From Callorhinchus milii (taxonomy: Eukaryota): a stretch of DNA of 64,000 nt. How positions within the stretch are numbered: position 1 is the first letter of the stretch; every line of letters starts with the position of its first letter. The DNA is taken from contig NW_024704743.1 in the NCBI RefSeq assembly GCF_018977255.1, positions 34,536,001-34,600,000 on the forward strand. The letters are read 5' to 3'. A program made the translations under genes and the position numbers. The notes beneath the pieces are model-generated. The model searched no databases, was not told the origin of the DNA, and worked only from the letters and a program-made list of their open reading frames with translations. Positions 39,262 to 58,485 of the stretch are shown here, piece after piece.

Positions 39262-41307
39262 GAAACATTTGTCAAGATCTTCTTCCACGAATAAAGTGCC
39301 CAACACTGATAATTCATGGTGAGAAGGATCCCATGGTTTCCCGGTTTCATACAGAATACCTGCACAAGCACATTGAGGACTCAAGGTGAGGAACAATAGG
39401 TGTAAATTTAATCTAACAGGTATGTGCTGCTTAATGGAAAAGCATATTCCCCAGAGCATTGTGTGTGATGAACAGAGGTGATAGGATTGTGCCTGATATC
39501 AGGATGTAGTAACGTAGCAAAATTCTCTATTAGGTACATTTTTTTTACACACATCATCATCCCATTCTTTGATTGTGTTATTAATTTCTGTACAATCTGC
39601 CATGTGGTTTGGGTGGATGTAAAGGGACTGTCCTGCTGTTGCTATTTCAAAGAAATGTGGATTCTTTCTCGAGGTTGTATTCTTAATCCAAATTTATCTC
39701 CAAGTTCATATGAATTGGTTGTTGTTTATGGGATGTTGTTGATGCAGATTAGCCCAGTATGCTAACAACCTTCACTTAATTTCTAATCAACAGTATTTTT
39801 GTAAATTGCTTATTTTTCAAATAAGAAAGACACAATATAAATGCAAATTATTAATATAGTAAATCTGTTCAATTCTGCAATAACCAATGCTGTAAATTCC
39901 TTTAAGCAAATTCAATTAGATTGCAATAATGCTTTTTTTGTTTGTGGAAAAAATATTACCAAGTTTAAAGAGATGGAGGTGGGTGGTGGAGGGGTTGGCG
40001 GTGGCGGGGGGTAGAGAATGACTTGGATAAAGATCAAATTTCGTTTCGCCCACAAATATACGGTCAATTCACTTTACAGTCTATTCTGTGAAGTGCTTTA
40101 AGATGTCAAGAAGACGTGAAAAGCACTATATCAAATGCCAGGATTATTATATTATTATTTGCACTGAGGCCATATAAATTACTATCTTCATTTCCTCCCT
40201 ATTATTTTATTCCCCTTCTAATTCTGCTGAGCACACACTTCTTACCAGGGAGCAAGTGGCCCACATGCTCTCAGGTTCCAAACTGCTGTTCATTCTATTC
40301 TTAAATAACAACAACAAAATTACCTTTGTATAGCGCCTTTCACCTTGGGAGGACATCCCAAGGCACTGGACAGACAGAGTTACGGGCCCGAGCTGGCGGT
40401 CAGGGTGGGAGAGAGTGGAAGGCAGGGAAGGAAGCAGGGAGATTGAAAGCACAATCGAAGAGGAGGGTCTTGAGGTGGGTCTTGAAGGTGGGGAGGTACT
40501 GCAGGATGGAGTCCAGAGGGTGGGTGCAGATCGGCAGAAGGCTCACCTGCCAATAGTGGAGCGAGCAAGGCAGGGGACGTGAAGCAGGTCGGAGCCCGCT
40601 GAGTGGAGGGAGTGAACAGGATGGTTAGAAGTCAGAAAGGTAGTGGGGAGCAAGACCATGGAGGGCTTTGAAGGTGAGTACCAGGATCTTGAACTGTATC
40701 CTCTGTCTGATGGGAAGCCAGTGGAGTTGGGCAAGGATGGGGATGATAGGGTCACGGAGCCTAGTGCGAGAGAGGACAAAGGCGGCAGAGTTCTGGATGA
40801 TCTGCAGCCTGTGGAGGGAGGAGTTGGGGAGGCTGACAAGCAGTGAGTTTGCATAGTCGAGCCTCAATGTAATTTAATTAAACTGCACTCTAGGGGGTGC
40901 TGATGATGCCCCAACGCACCTTCCTCTGGTTTTCTGTCTCCATTGTGCAGCATCCATAATTCAATATGTAAGGCAGTCACATGCAGGTTTGTGATCGTTA
41001 TTCTAGGCTTGTCAGTAAATTGCATTGACCTTTGTTGGTTTCCACTTGTAATGGGATTGCCTAAACGTCAGCAAATTTACAGATATGTATTGAGAGAAGC
41101 AATAAGCAAGCAATGCAAGTTATAATCTGCATCTCAGTAACTCCTTTAAAACTGCTGGTTGCCCTCACCACCTTCTAAACAGCATTTACCCATTCTTTAT
41201 TTATTCCTGTCTGCAGGTTGCACCTGATGCCAGAAGGAAAACATCACTTACACTTGCGCTTTGCTAAAGAATTTAATTCTCTTGTGGAAGAATTTTTGAC
41301 CTCATGA
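39262..41307 (+). CDS. BPHL: Last two coding exons of valacyclovir hydrolase/biphenyl hydrolase-like protein (39262-39385, 41217-41307); upstream exons not found
   Basis: GNICQDLLPRIKCPTLIIHGEKDPMVSRFHTEYLHKHIEDS-R-LHLMPEGKHHLHLRFAKEFNSLVEEFLTS*. AG/GT boundaries are in phase, and the exons sit next to TUBB2 as in human. Confidence 0.88.
40305..40866 (-). mobile_element. L2 LINE 3' end
   Basis: [40 protein letters not shown]. Confidence 0.9.
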
Positions 41308-41745
41308 GGCTAGAGGTTTGTGCACCAGGACCCCGAGCACTGATGGTGGAAGCCTAGAATCTGTGTCTGTAATTGGCATGTCTACTAGTCCATACAAACT
41401 TTGTACTTGATTGTTGGAGCCTGTCTTCTGCACAGAATGTACCTGAATCAATAATAATAATAATCCTTGCATTTGATATAGGGCCTTCTCACATCATTGA
41501 GACGTCTCAGAGTGCTTTACAAAATATACTGCAAAGTGAATTGACTGTATATGTTTGTGGGCGAAATGCCAATTACGCACATCAGTGTCCCACAAACAGT
41601 CATGGATTGTGTACGCAGTATTAACTCAGCACATTTGACAGTACAAGGGTTAGCATTTGGACAATGAGGACATTTCACAGTGTGGCACCGTGCCCTAAAT
41701 TTGATCCAGTTTAGCGTTCTCTTCATCAATGAAAGGCACAAACAC

Positions 41746-42043
41746 TGAGTCCTGTATCTCAGTGGTTAGAGCACTCACCTTGCAAGTGAGAAACCTGGGT
41801 TCGATTCCGGCAGGGGGAAACCTTGGGCAAGTTTCCTTATTCCACACGCCTGATAATAATCCCTCAACAAAAAAATTAATAATTTGGTCACTTCAATCCA
41901 TGACTGTTTATGGGACACTGCTGTGCGCAATTGGCTGCCGCATTTCGCCCACAAAATATACAGTCAGTTCACATTATAGTATATTCTGAGACGTCTAGAA
42001 GATGTGAAAAGCATTGTACCAAATGCAAGGATTATTATTATTA
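41746..42043 (+). mobile_element. Full-length tRNA-SINE
   Basis: Same head, body and (ATT)n tail as 30105-30389 and 60997-61320. Confidence 0.88.
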
Positions 42044-44727
42044 TAAACATTTGGGGGGCATGATGCACTTGTTTTGATTTACTGGTATATCCTAACTATT
42101 TACTTTTCATGTCTATAAATGGTACCTTGCTCTGACCAATTGATGTACTTATGTTGCTTTAGCATTTACCTGCCAGTGGTGGCTCATCAGCAAACAGCTC
42201 TGTAGCCTCTCTCACCATGCGGTCAGCAAAATTGAACTTTAAAGGTCAGTGATAGTGTAGCGTCAGGACTGATAGATAATGCAACTGTTTGCTATTGGAC
42301 CCACCACAGATGGTAGCTGAGCAGCATTCTGCCACCCATCAGCTCTGACATTATCTGACTCTCAATAAAACAGTGGCAAAGCACTTAGATTGAAGAGGTC
42401 TGAAAATAACTCATGGATTTGATTGCAGGGAAGCACTTTGAGACATCCTCGTGATGTGAAAGGCGCTATATAAATGTAAAGTACTGGTGTTTTATTGAAT
42501 GTCTTAACATTAATAATTTTGAAGTTGGGGATCAGCAATTTGTTGGAAAATCGACATTGTTGGACTTCAAACCTTCCTTATGAATTGCACCTTGGCCTCA
42601 TAGAATGCCTTTACTTCCTCAGAGTTCAAATGAAGCTGTCATTATGAACACATATATATTCCCAGAAGTGTCCAGTAAACTTGAGTAACACCACTTCTCT
42701 ATCTACTAACATCTTGCCTCATTCTATTTTCTTAATTTCTGAGATTCATTTCTAATGCACATGTTTAATGAAGGGAGGCAATGCCAAATTCAGCTTGTAA
42801 AGATAGAGCTTTTAAAAATCTATTTGCTGAGACCATGTTAGATTCCTGTATTGAATAGGATACTATGGCACTATTTTAGTCACAAACTGAGAGATCTCGT
42901 TACTTCTACCTGTGCATAATTATATAATTAATGCAAACTTGTGAACAATCAGACAATAATAGGGAAAAACTCCTAACCGGAAGATGAATGATAGAGAACT
43001 TACAAGTGGAATAAATATATCTCACTCTTCTCTCAGTGTTCAGAATACGTAATAGATAATTTCAACCTATGGGAGAAGCAGTAATTCCCTTCTACATTGG
43101 GGTATAATTTGTATTCATTTACTTTAAAAAGTGTCCATCATTTGATTAATATTGTGCCCCTTGAGCTGGTGAACAAAGACACATTTGTTCCAGTTGAAAT
43201 GCTGGTATGTCAGTGCTAACTAAACATAAACAGAATGCATTGCATAAAAATATATGGGAGTTCAAATCTGTAGCCCAATTTCAGATTCACATTCTGTTCT
43301 TCAACAAGCTTGAAACTCTTCCCTGGATTAAACCAGTGAAATACACAACAAATTACATTTTGATATCACAAAATTCACACACAAACTGGTCAATAACTAT
43401 TAATTATGTGAGGTCTAATTTGTGAAGTGCCCAAACTATATTTGTTGCTTGAAATGCAACTAAAGGTTTACAAACACCAGGTTGTGAATTTAAAAAGCTT
43501 TTTGACATGAACTCAGTTTTGTGTGTGAAATTCCTGGTACGTCACACTGACTCATGAAACTTCAGCTCCCAGGAGACTGTATATCAGAACTAAGGTCGCT
43601 CACGTCAAGTTTTAATTTTTGCATCAAAAATAGGTCAAAAGCATGAGAACTTTGATGTAGAAAAAATCTGCCACTGATTTGAGTTTTCTGCTCAGTAAAG
43701 GCTGAGGTTCTCTGCAACAGGACTGCAATGCACACACATTCCAGAAGCCTATAAAAAGGTGGTGAATTTGAGCATTTTCAGAAAAAATCAACTTGTATTT
43801 TATAGCATCCTTCATACAGGATAGCATCTTGGAACAGTTGCAGGGTTGGACACTGATCAAGAGAGAAAAGGGGTGGGGGCGAAAACATAATCATAGACCC
43901 AGTGAAGGAGATAGGTCTTAAAGTGGGATTTAACAACAAATAGAGGGGGCAACGTGGAGGGATTGAAGCAGGGAGGTCAAGAGGTTAGGGACTTTTAATT
44001 TAAAAATTGTTTTAATGGCCAACATTTACCAAAGAATCTGTAGTTACGATGAAAATCGTAACTATAACAATTGACTTGGAAACATCCCTAATCACAAATA
44101 TCTGCTAAATCACAGCTTTAAGTTACAACACACCTCCAAAACACTTTATGTGTAGCACTCGTTACTCTTAAACCGAGTGCTGGCTCGCTGGTTTCTGCCA
44201 CAGGGAACATATGAGATGGGATCCCATTGATTTACAATGAAAGTTCCCTGTGGGGTTGCACCGGGTGATAGAATGTCGAGGCATTTTGAGAACATATTAA
44301 TGCTGGACTTAACTGGAATAGTCACTGCGTCCGTATTACGCTGATCTCCCTATCTGTGACATGAGTACATTAGATACATTCCCCAATGATATTTAATTGT
44401 GCTGAGATTTCACCAATTTCACATCACAAAGTTCCCTCCGATCAAAACATTGTTTTTAATGAGTTGCAACATTTAAACCAATACAAAAACATTACTAGTG
44501 TTTGGGAATGTCACTGCGGTGTCAGGGATTCCAATGAGCGCTACCTGTCGCAAAATTCTGAACTCTTTTAAAAACACCAAGGTTTACAAATGACAGCAGG
44601 TTCTGAATCAGCCTCACCATGCAAGCAGATCTAGGGATTTATTTATTTTTATTAAAAAGAAACAAGAGGACCAGAACAGTGACTTGGACGGGGAGGTGTG
44701 GTGGATGAGAGGGGTGGGGGTGGTCTT

Positions 44728-50729
<6,002 letters not shown>

Positions 50730-51010
50730 TGTGGATGGCTTTCTCCTCTCCCTCTCTCTCTCTCTCTATCTCCCTCTTGCTTTCCAGCAGAAACAAGGGC
50801 TGCTCCTCCCTCCTGTGCTGCTCCTCAATTGGCCAACCCTGAGTACAGCCGCTTCTCCTCCAGTCCCAGCAGACAGCCCACAACCCCCATTGGGTCACCT
50901 CCGCACCTTATCCCAGCGCTGGGCTGACCAGCGCGACCCAACCAGCCGCCCTGTCAATCCTTGCATAGGTTCACCTGTCTCTGCCGATGCTGCTCTCCGT
51001 ACCCAGCGCT
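50730..51010 (-). promoter_or_regulatory. TUBB2 5'UTR/promoter
   Basis: GC/CpG-enriched region upstream of the ATG, with CCAAT/ATTGG boxes at ~50826-50836 and ~50888. Confidence 0.5.
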
Positions 51011-51087
51011 GGTCGATGCCAAATCCCACCTGCTCTTAAACCACGTTATAAAATGTAAGATTGCACAGAACGAATTAATAATCCTTA

Positions 51088-51640
51088 ATAATAATAATCC
51101 TTGCATTTGATATAGCGCTTTTCACGTCGGGAGGACGTCCCAAAGCGCTTCACAGAACACACTGTAAAGTGAATTGACTGTATATTTGTGGGCGAACATG
51201 GCAGCCAATTGCGCACAGCAATGTCCCACAAACAGTCATGGATTCGATTCCCAGCCGTTGGGCAAGTTTCTTTACTCTACATGCCTGTTTACCGAGCAAT
51301 AGGTAGGAACCTGGTTGTTAGTCGATTGGCAGATCGCTTTTCCGAGGATAATAATCCCTTAAAGAAAAAATAAATTGATCACTCAATTCGCGACTGTTTG
51401 TGAGACACTACTGTGTGCAATTGGCTGCCGCGTTTCACCCGCAAAACATACAGTCAATTCACTTTACAGTGTATTCTATTAAGCGCTTTGAGACATCTCG
51501 AAGATGTGATAGGCACTATAACAAATGCAAGGATTAGTATTATTTGATATTGCGTCTTATCACACCGTTGAGACGTCTCAAAGTACTACCAGAGAATATC
51601 CTGTAAAGTGGATTGACTGTGTATTTTGTGGGCAAAATAA
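51088..51640. mobile_element. Cluster of oppositely oriented SINE pieces
   Basis: Minus tail/body, then plus body/tail, then another minus tail. Confidence 0.85.
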
Positions 51641-54600
51641 TTGAGAGAAATGGGGCATGTTCATGACAGTCTTGATTTGAAGGTTGGTTCTTTTTCAGAA
51701 TTCTGGACATCTGGCTCCCAAATTGAGCCTGAATTTATAAATAATACTTCCATTTGGTATAAGCATCTTTCGCCTCAGGAAGATGTCTCAATAACGCTTC
51801 AACAACGGCAACTTGCATTTATAAAGCACCTTTCACTCAGGGTATCGTCTCGGAGTGCTTAACAGTGGCAGAGCATGATGCTGAGCCATTGGAAGGAAGG
51901 AGGTGACAGCACCATCAAAGAAGAAAGTCTTCAGCCATGATCTAAATGAAGGGAAGGAGGGCACAAGATTTCACAGGATATAGTGTAAAATGTAGTGACT
52001 GCAGTTTATAGAATTAATTCACAATTCACAAATTTCACATATATTCCCCAATGTTTGCACAAATTGTGAATTTTTCTCAAATTAAGATTGCTCAAAATTG
52101 TGGAAAAGTCTTTAATTTAGTCTAAATTTGGAAAGCAATCTTAAATTTTAAGACAAAATGTACTTACAGGATAAGTTAGGTGGAATGTTAGGCCTCAGTT
52201 TGCCAAACGGATGTGAAGCAAGCAAACAAATCACACAAGTGTGAGCCCAAAGATTCACCCGGTCTTAACCTGTAAAACCATTTTTTCTTGAAAATAAGTT
52301 TGTATAGAATTGTGGGAAATTCTTTAACTTAGTCTAAATTTAGAATCCAGTTTCTATCAGTTCTTGAAAGAAAGTCTTACAAATTAAGGCTGAATTTAAA
52401 AATGTTTCCCCAATTCTGGTAATTCCTAAATGCTAATTCAAAATAATATTGCTGGCTAGGGCTAGGTGTATTCCAATGCCCTCCTCACTGGTCTCCCCAA
52501 CTCTACAATATACAAAATACAACTAAATCAGAACTTCACCACCCAGATTCTCACCAGCACTAAACACTGTACCTCCATCACCCCAGTCCTTGTCAGGCTC
52601 CATTGGCTCCTAATTACTGCGCTTTGGGACGTCCTAATTTAAGTGCTTTGGGACGTCCTCCCGACGTGAAAAGCGCTATATCAAATGCAAGGATTATTTA
52701 TTGTTACTGAATGGATCGATTTTAAGATCCTCTCACTTGTTTTCAAATGCCTTGTACCACCACCCACTCCTCCACCCGCTGTCTCCGCTCATCTGGCTCT
52801 GGCCTTGTTTGTCCCTCATCCCCTCTGCTCCACCATCGGTGGTCATGCCTTCAGCCACTATGCGCCGAAACTCTGGAACTCTCTCCCACAATCCCTCCAT
52901 CTTGCCCCCTCACTCCCCACTTTCAAAACCCACCTAAAGACCTTTTTTGATCGTGCTTATGGTCACCTCCCCCATCTCCCTCGGCCTCTGGCTCAGTGTC
53001 AGACTATGACACTGTCAAGTGCTCTGGGACGCTGCTTCGCGTGAAGGCACTATATACACTCAAGGTGTTGTTGTTGTGCAATAGCCATATATAATAAAAT
53101 GCAACAGAATTGGTGTATTTGTGTCAGAGGAATTAGTTGCACATGGTTGGCATCCTGTCCGTGGGCGTTGCCTGAGGTTGGATTTGTTCCGTCCGCCCAC
53201 CCTATATACTCCACGATAAGGATGACTGCAGGGAATTACACATGCATGGCTTATCTTCTGTTTGCTTCTGTCACTTTGATTTGCGATTGAATCCACAAGG
53301 ATGGGAAAGCAATTATGTGTGGTTTTAAAGTTAATCCTATGATTTCTTTTACACTACTACCAAAGTGGAAGTGCAGTATTTAAGGGTAAATCGTAAACAG
53401 TCGTGTTATACACCCTGAATAATTTAAGTACAGTTTTAGCAATTTCAGAACATTTGATTATTTGCTGGAAAGCAGCGAGTGCCACTGAAATAAAGGAGAC
53501 TTAAACAGAATGAGAATTTCGACGTTCATGTGATTTTTTTTCCCCTGTTTTATCTGTAGTTTGTGTTGCAATTAGATTGTCGGTACAAGTTTTACAAATC
53601 AGATGTGTATTTTAAGACATGTTTTGAAATCTGCCTGCTGCCCAATTGGATTAGGGCTGACAACAACAACAAGAAGATTCTATTTATAGAGCGCCTTTCA
53701 CGTCGGGAGGACGTCCCAAGGCGCTGGACAGTTGGGTCAGGACCCGAGCAGGGGGAAATGGTCAGGGTGAGGGGAGGGAAGGGAGGGAGCGAGGAGGGTT
53801 AGAGATACAATACTGTGTTGCTCTGAAGATGCAAAGTATAATCAGGGTCAGCTATGCTGATGTATTGGTAACAGCAGTGGCTCTGGTTGATATAAATCAG
53901 CACGTTTCACTGTGATCCAGCACCGGGTAACCCCGGAAGGTGACTTCATTGCGTCTAATGAGTCTCTCCATCCACTCATCTCTCGGGCAGCTCCTGACAC
54001 AATCACAATCAGATATTTTGTGGCTAGTCAAGCTATTTCCGTTCTAAAGAGGAAAAAATAAATCTATTTGCTTGTAGGATTTCCCCCCCACCCTCCTGGT
54101 GACTAAAACATTGTGCGCATAGGCTGCTGTCGATGAGTAAAACAAGCCAAGTTCACCAGAAATATACAGTATCCCCGGTTGGAGGAAGAGCAGGGAAGGT
54201 TGGTACAGAGATAAAATAATGCACAGTGGTTAAATTAGCTCTTTGGGTGGATGTAGATAATAACATTCCGACAGATTCATTCTGTTTGATGAATCCTGGT
54301 TCTCATTGAACAAATCTTAATACATTTTATACAATTGCTTTTACTGTCAGCTGGGTACCGTTTGCGAAAGGACATCAGGAGTCTTAAACATGAGATTTAC
54401 ATCCAATGTCTAGACTAATCTTGTGAGTTATGGTCAGTTTCACAAGTGGGATCATTATTACGTCCCACATGTTTTCTGATCCCAGGTAAGGAAAAGATTT
54501 TTTTAAAAAACGAGATGCAAATTTTATTCTGTAAAGGGTAGCCAAGCAGTTATTCAGATTGTAGGTTCATCCAATTAAATGGACACCTTTCATTACTTTC

Positions 54601-54864
54601 TGGAAAGTGAATTAAATCATCTGCTTAGATTCTCTTAGTCCCAGTGCAATGACTGTGGCAGCTTTTTTTTATTGCATGACCGCTTTCAATGATTCTTTCT
54701 CTGAAATAGAAAACAAAACAAGGCAATGCATGTACAGTGAACAGAATATATATTACATATTCTTCAGTTACCATTATATTTTGTTTTACATTTAATTGAT
54801 AAAGAAATTCAACCTGACTTTAGACTTTATGTAGAATTTTAGAGTGTCCCGAATTTGGCAAATT

Positions 54865-55765
54865 GGCTTCTCCTCTCACCTCAACCATCATGGTTCTGTA
54901 CTTGAATGGTTCAGATCGTACCTCTCACACCATCTCCACTTCATCTCCACAAATGGTTTATCCTCTAACCCCCCACAACGTCTTGTGCAGAGTTCCTCAG
55001 GGCTCTGTCCTTAGTCCCCTCCTTTTCAAAATCTATATGCTCCCTCTTGGTGACATCATCCACAGACATGGGGTCAATTTCCACATGTGTGCGGATGACA
55101 CCAAACTCTACCTCTCTTTCTCCACCCTCGACTCCAGGACCACTGCTGTCCTGACAGAATATCTGTCAACATCAAGTCCTGGATGAGAGCTCAGGTGCTG
55201 ACAGCATCACCATCCATGGTTGCACACTCCACCTTACTAAGCCAGTCTGGAACCTTGGCTTCTTGTTTGACTCTCAATTATCCGTTCTACCCCACATCCG
55301 TGCCATGACACACTCTGCCCACATGACATGACACACGTTCTACCCCACATCCGCAATATCGCCCGGCTCTGCCATTGTCTCACACTGCAGGCCGCCAAAA
55401 TCCTCATACATGCATTCATAACATCCAGGCTTGACTATGCAAACTCCTTGCTTGTCAGTCTCCCCAACTCCTCTCTCCATAGGCTGCAGATCATCCAGAA
55501 CTTGGCAGCCCATGTCCTCTCCCGCACCAGGCTCCATGACCCTATCACCTCCATCCCCGCCTGACTCCAAAGGCTTCCCATCACACAGAGGATGCAGTTC
55601 AAGATCCTGGTCCTCACCTTCAAAGCCCTCTATAGCCTCCTCTTTGACCGCGCCTCCATCTATCTGATCCCAACCCCCAGCACGGGTACAAATCCCTGAC
55701 TGTCCAGCGCCTTGGGATAACCTCCTGATTCGAAAGGCGCTATACAAATGTAATTTGTTGTTGTT
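54865..55765 (+). mobile_element. L2 RT-to-3' fragment with internal deletions
   Basis: [20 protein letters not shown]..(Y>C)ADDTKLY and SRLDYANSLL. Confidence 0.9.
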
Positions 55766-55905
55766 TGCATTTGATATAGGGTCTATTACATTGGGAATGA
55801 CATTTCAAAGTACATGGAATTTTGCTCTAAAGTGGAGTGATTGTTTATTTTGTAGGTGAACACAGTAAGCAATTTGTACACAATGAAGTAAATGACTAAT
55901 TTTGG

Positions 55906-56440
55906 TACTTGGCGGATTTTAGCCAGAACATCAGGAGAATCTCCCTTCTCTTTTCGAGCAGGGCCATGAGATCTTTAACATTCTGAAGAGACAGAAGAGA
56001 TTTCAGTTTAACGTCTCATCTGAATGATGGCGCCTTCAATCACACAATGCTCCTTCAGCACTGCAACAGTGTATCAGCCTGGCCTGTGCTTCCGAAGGTC
56101 CGATGTGGGACTTGAAAGCAAAATGGTTAAGCATATAAGGTCTCGCTAGCTTTATGCTATTTTTCTTTGATTGCTATACTGTGCATCTTGCTGCTGAAGA
56201 TGAACAGAGAGTAATCAATCCTATGCTTAGCATTACATCTCTAAGATACATCTTAGAGATGCAGTGTTAGCGTTAGCGCACAGTAGAGCGATCAAAGAAA
56301 TTTCATTGAAGGCGCCATCATTCGGATGAGATATTAAACTGAAATCTCTTCTGCCTCTTCAGATTGTTAAAGATCTCATGGCACTGCTCGAAAAGAGAAA
56401 GGAGTTTCTCCTGATGTCCTAGCCCAAATCCCCCAAATAT
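55906..56440. repeat. Nested imperfect palindrome
   Basis: 55921-56040 is inverted at 56305-56424 (about 11 mismatches in 120 nt). Inner arms are 56163-56184/56278-56299, and there is a perfect 12-bp stem at 56236-56247/56250-56261. Confidence 0.9.
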
Positions 56441-57074
56441 GTGCACAAATTGCCTGCAGTGGAGTCCTGCAGCTCAGTGGTTAAAGCACTCGCCTCACAA
56501 GTTAGAGACCTGGGTTTGATTCCCGGCAGGGCAAAAACCATGGGCAAATTTATAAAAATAATAATCCTTGCATTTTATATAGCGCTTTTCACGTCTTCTA
56601 GACGTCTCAAAGCGCTTCACAGTAAAGTGAATTGACGGTATATTTGTGGGCGAAACGCGGCAGCCAATTGCGCACAGGAGTGTCCCACAAACAGTCGTGG
56701 ATTGAAAATGACAATTTGACAATTTGAAAATGACAAAATAATAATAAATTGGTCATTTTCAATCCACGACTGTTTGTGGGACACTGTTGTGCGCAATTGG
56801 ATCAAATGCAAGGATTATTATTATTATTATCTCCCCCTGCAGATGGCTGGGAGTAGTGAGGAGGGTGGCCAGAAACAACCCAGTCAACTGAACACTAGCC
56901 CACATGTAGCCCAATATTATGCGTTGCTTACTAGTGTGGGGAGGAGACTGGGCAGTTTAGGTGAGTGCTTTTTTTTGGCAGCTGTGTAAGAAAGGATCTT
57001 GAAAGGAAAAAAAATAGACATTTTTCAGGTTTAGACTGTTTTTTTTAAAAAAAAACAAATCATAAAAATGAGGT

Positions 57075-57215
57075 ACCCGCCCACAGCCGTTTATTTAACA
57101 CGCGCAAGTACGAGGAAACCCGCCCAATTGGACGTGAACCCGCCCAACCCGGGGGGGGGGCGGGGCGGGGCCCGGGGAGCGGTGATTGACGGGAAGCTCC
57201 CGGCGAGGTGCGCAC
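57075..57215 (+). promoter_or_regulatory. CpG-rich promoter-like segment upstream of PSMG4
   Basis: CCAATTGG, GC boxes GGGGCGGGGC, TGATTGACGG and CGGGAAG; dense CpG. Confidence 0.55.
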
Positions 57216-58460
57216 GGCGGGGTGGAGGGCCGGGGTGTGGGGGCGGTGTGGGGGGCGGGGTGTGAGTGTGTGGGGGTGGGGCCGGGGTGTGGGGGCCGGG
57301 GTGTGGGGGGGGGCCGGGGTGTGAGTGTGTGGGGGGGGGGGGTGGGCCGGGGTGTGGGGGCGGTGTGGGGTGTGGGGCGGGGTGTGGGGAGGGGGGTGTG
57401 TGGGTGTGGACGGTGTGTGGGTGTGTGGGGCGGTGTGTGGAGGAGGAGGTGGGGGCGGTGGGAGGAGGGGGGGGCGGAGGTGAGGGGGGGGGGAGTGTGG
57501 GTGTGAGGCGGTGTGTGGGTGTGTGGGGCGGTGGGAGGAGGGGGGGGGGCGGGAGGTGAGGGGGAGGCGGGGAGTGGGGGAGTGTGGGTGTGAGGCGGTG
57601 TGTGGGTGTGTGGGGCGGTGTGGGAGGAGGAGGTGGGGGGGCGGGAGGTGAGGGGGAGGCGGGGAGTGGGGGAGTGTGGGTGTGAGGCGGTGTGTGGGTG
57701 TGTGGGGCGGTGTGGGAGGAGGAGGTGGGGGGGGAGGTGAGGGGAGGCGGGGAGTGGGGGAGTGTGGGTGTGAGGCGGTGTGTGGGTGTGGGGCGGTGTG
57801 TGGGGGAGGGGGGTGTGTGGGAGGAGGAGGTGGGGCGGTGTGGGAGGAGGGGGGGGCGGGAGGTGAGGGGAGGCGGGGAGTGGGGGAGTGTGGGTGTGAG
57901 GCGGTGTGTGGGTGTGTGGGGCGGTGGGAGGAGGGGGGGGGGCGGGAGGGGGAGGGGGAGGCGGGGAGTGGGGGAGTGAGACGGTGTGGGGCGGTGTGGG
58001 AGGAGGGGGGGGGCGGGATGTGAGGGGGAGGCGGGGAGTGGGGGAGTGAGACGGTGTCGGGCGGTGTGGGAGGAGGAGGGGGGGGGCGGGATGTGAGGGG
58101 GAGGCGGGGAGTGGGGGAGTGAGACGGTGTCGGGCGGTGTGGGAGGAGGGGGGGGGGGCGGGATGTGAGGGGGAGGCGGGGAGTGGGGAGTGAGACGGTG
58201 TCGGGCGGTGTGGGAGGAGGAGGGGGGGGGGGCGGGATGTGTGGGGGAGGCGGGGAGTGTGGGTGTGGGCGGTGTGGGGGTGTGGGGCGGTGTGGGGAGG
58301 GGGGGGGCGGGGGGGGGGAGGCGGGGAGTGGGGGAGTGTGGGTGTGTGGGGCGGTGTGTGGGAGGAGGTGTGGGCGGTGTGTGGGAGGAGGGGCGGGATG
58401 TGAGGGGGAGGCGGGGAGTGGGGGAGTGTGGGTGTGAGGCGGTGTGTGAGGGGGAGGGAG
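57216..58460 (+). repeat. G-rich minisatellite (~70-90-bp degenerate units) upstream of the PSMG4 ATG
   Basis: Repeating gaggcggtgtgtgggtgtgtggggcggtgtgggaggagg...gaggcggggagtgggggagt; extreme G skew. Confidence 0.95.
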
Positions 58461-58485
58461 GCACCAGCTGGAGGTACCGGTGAAG

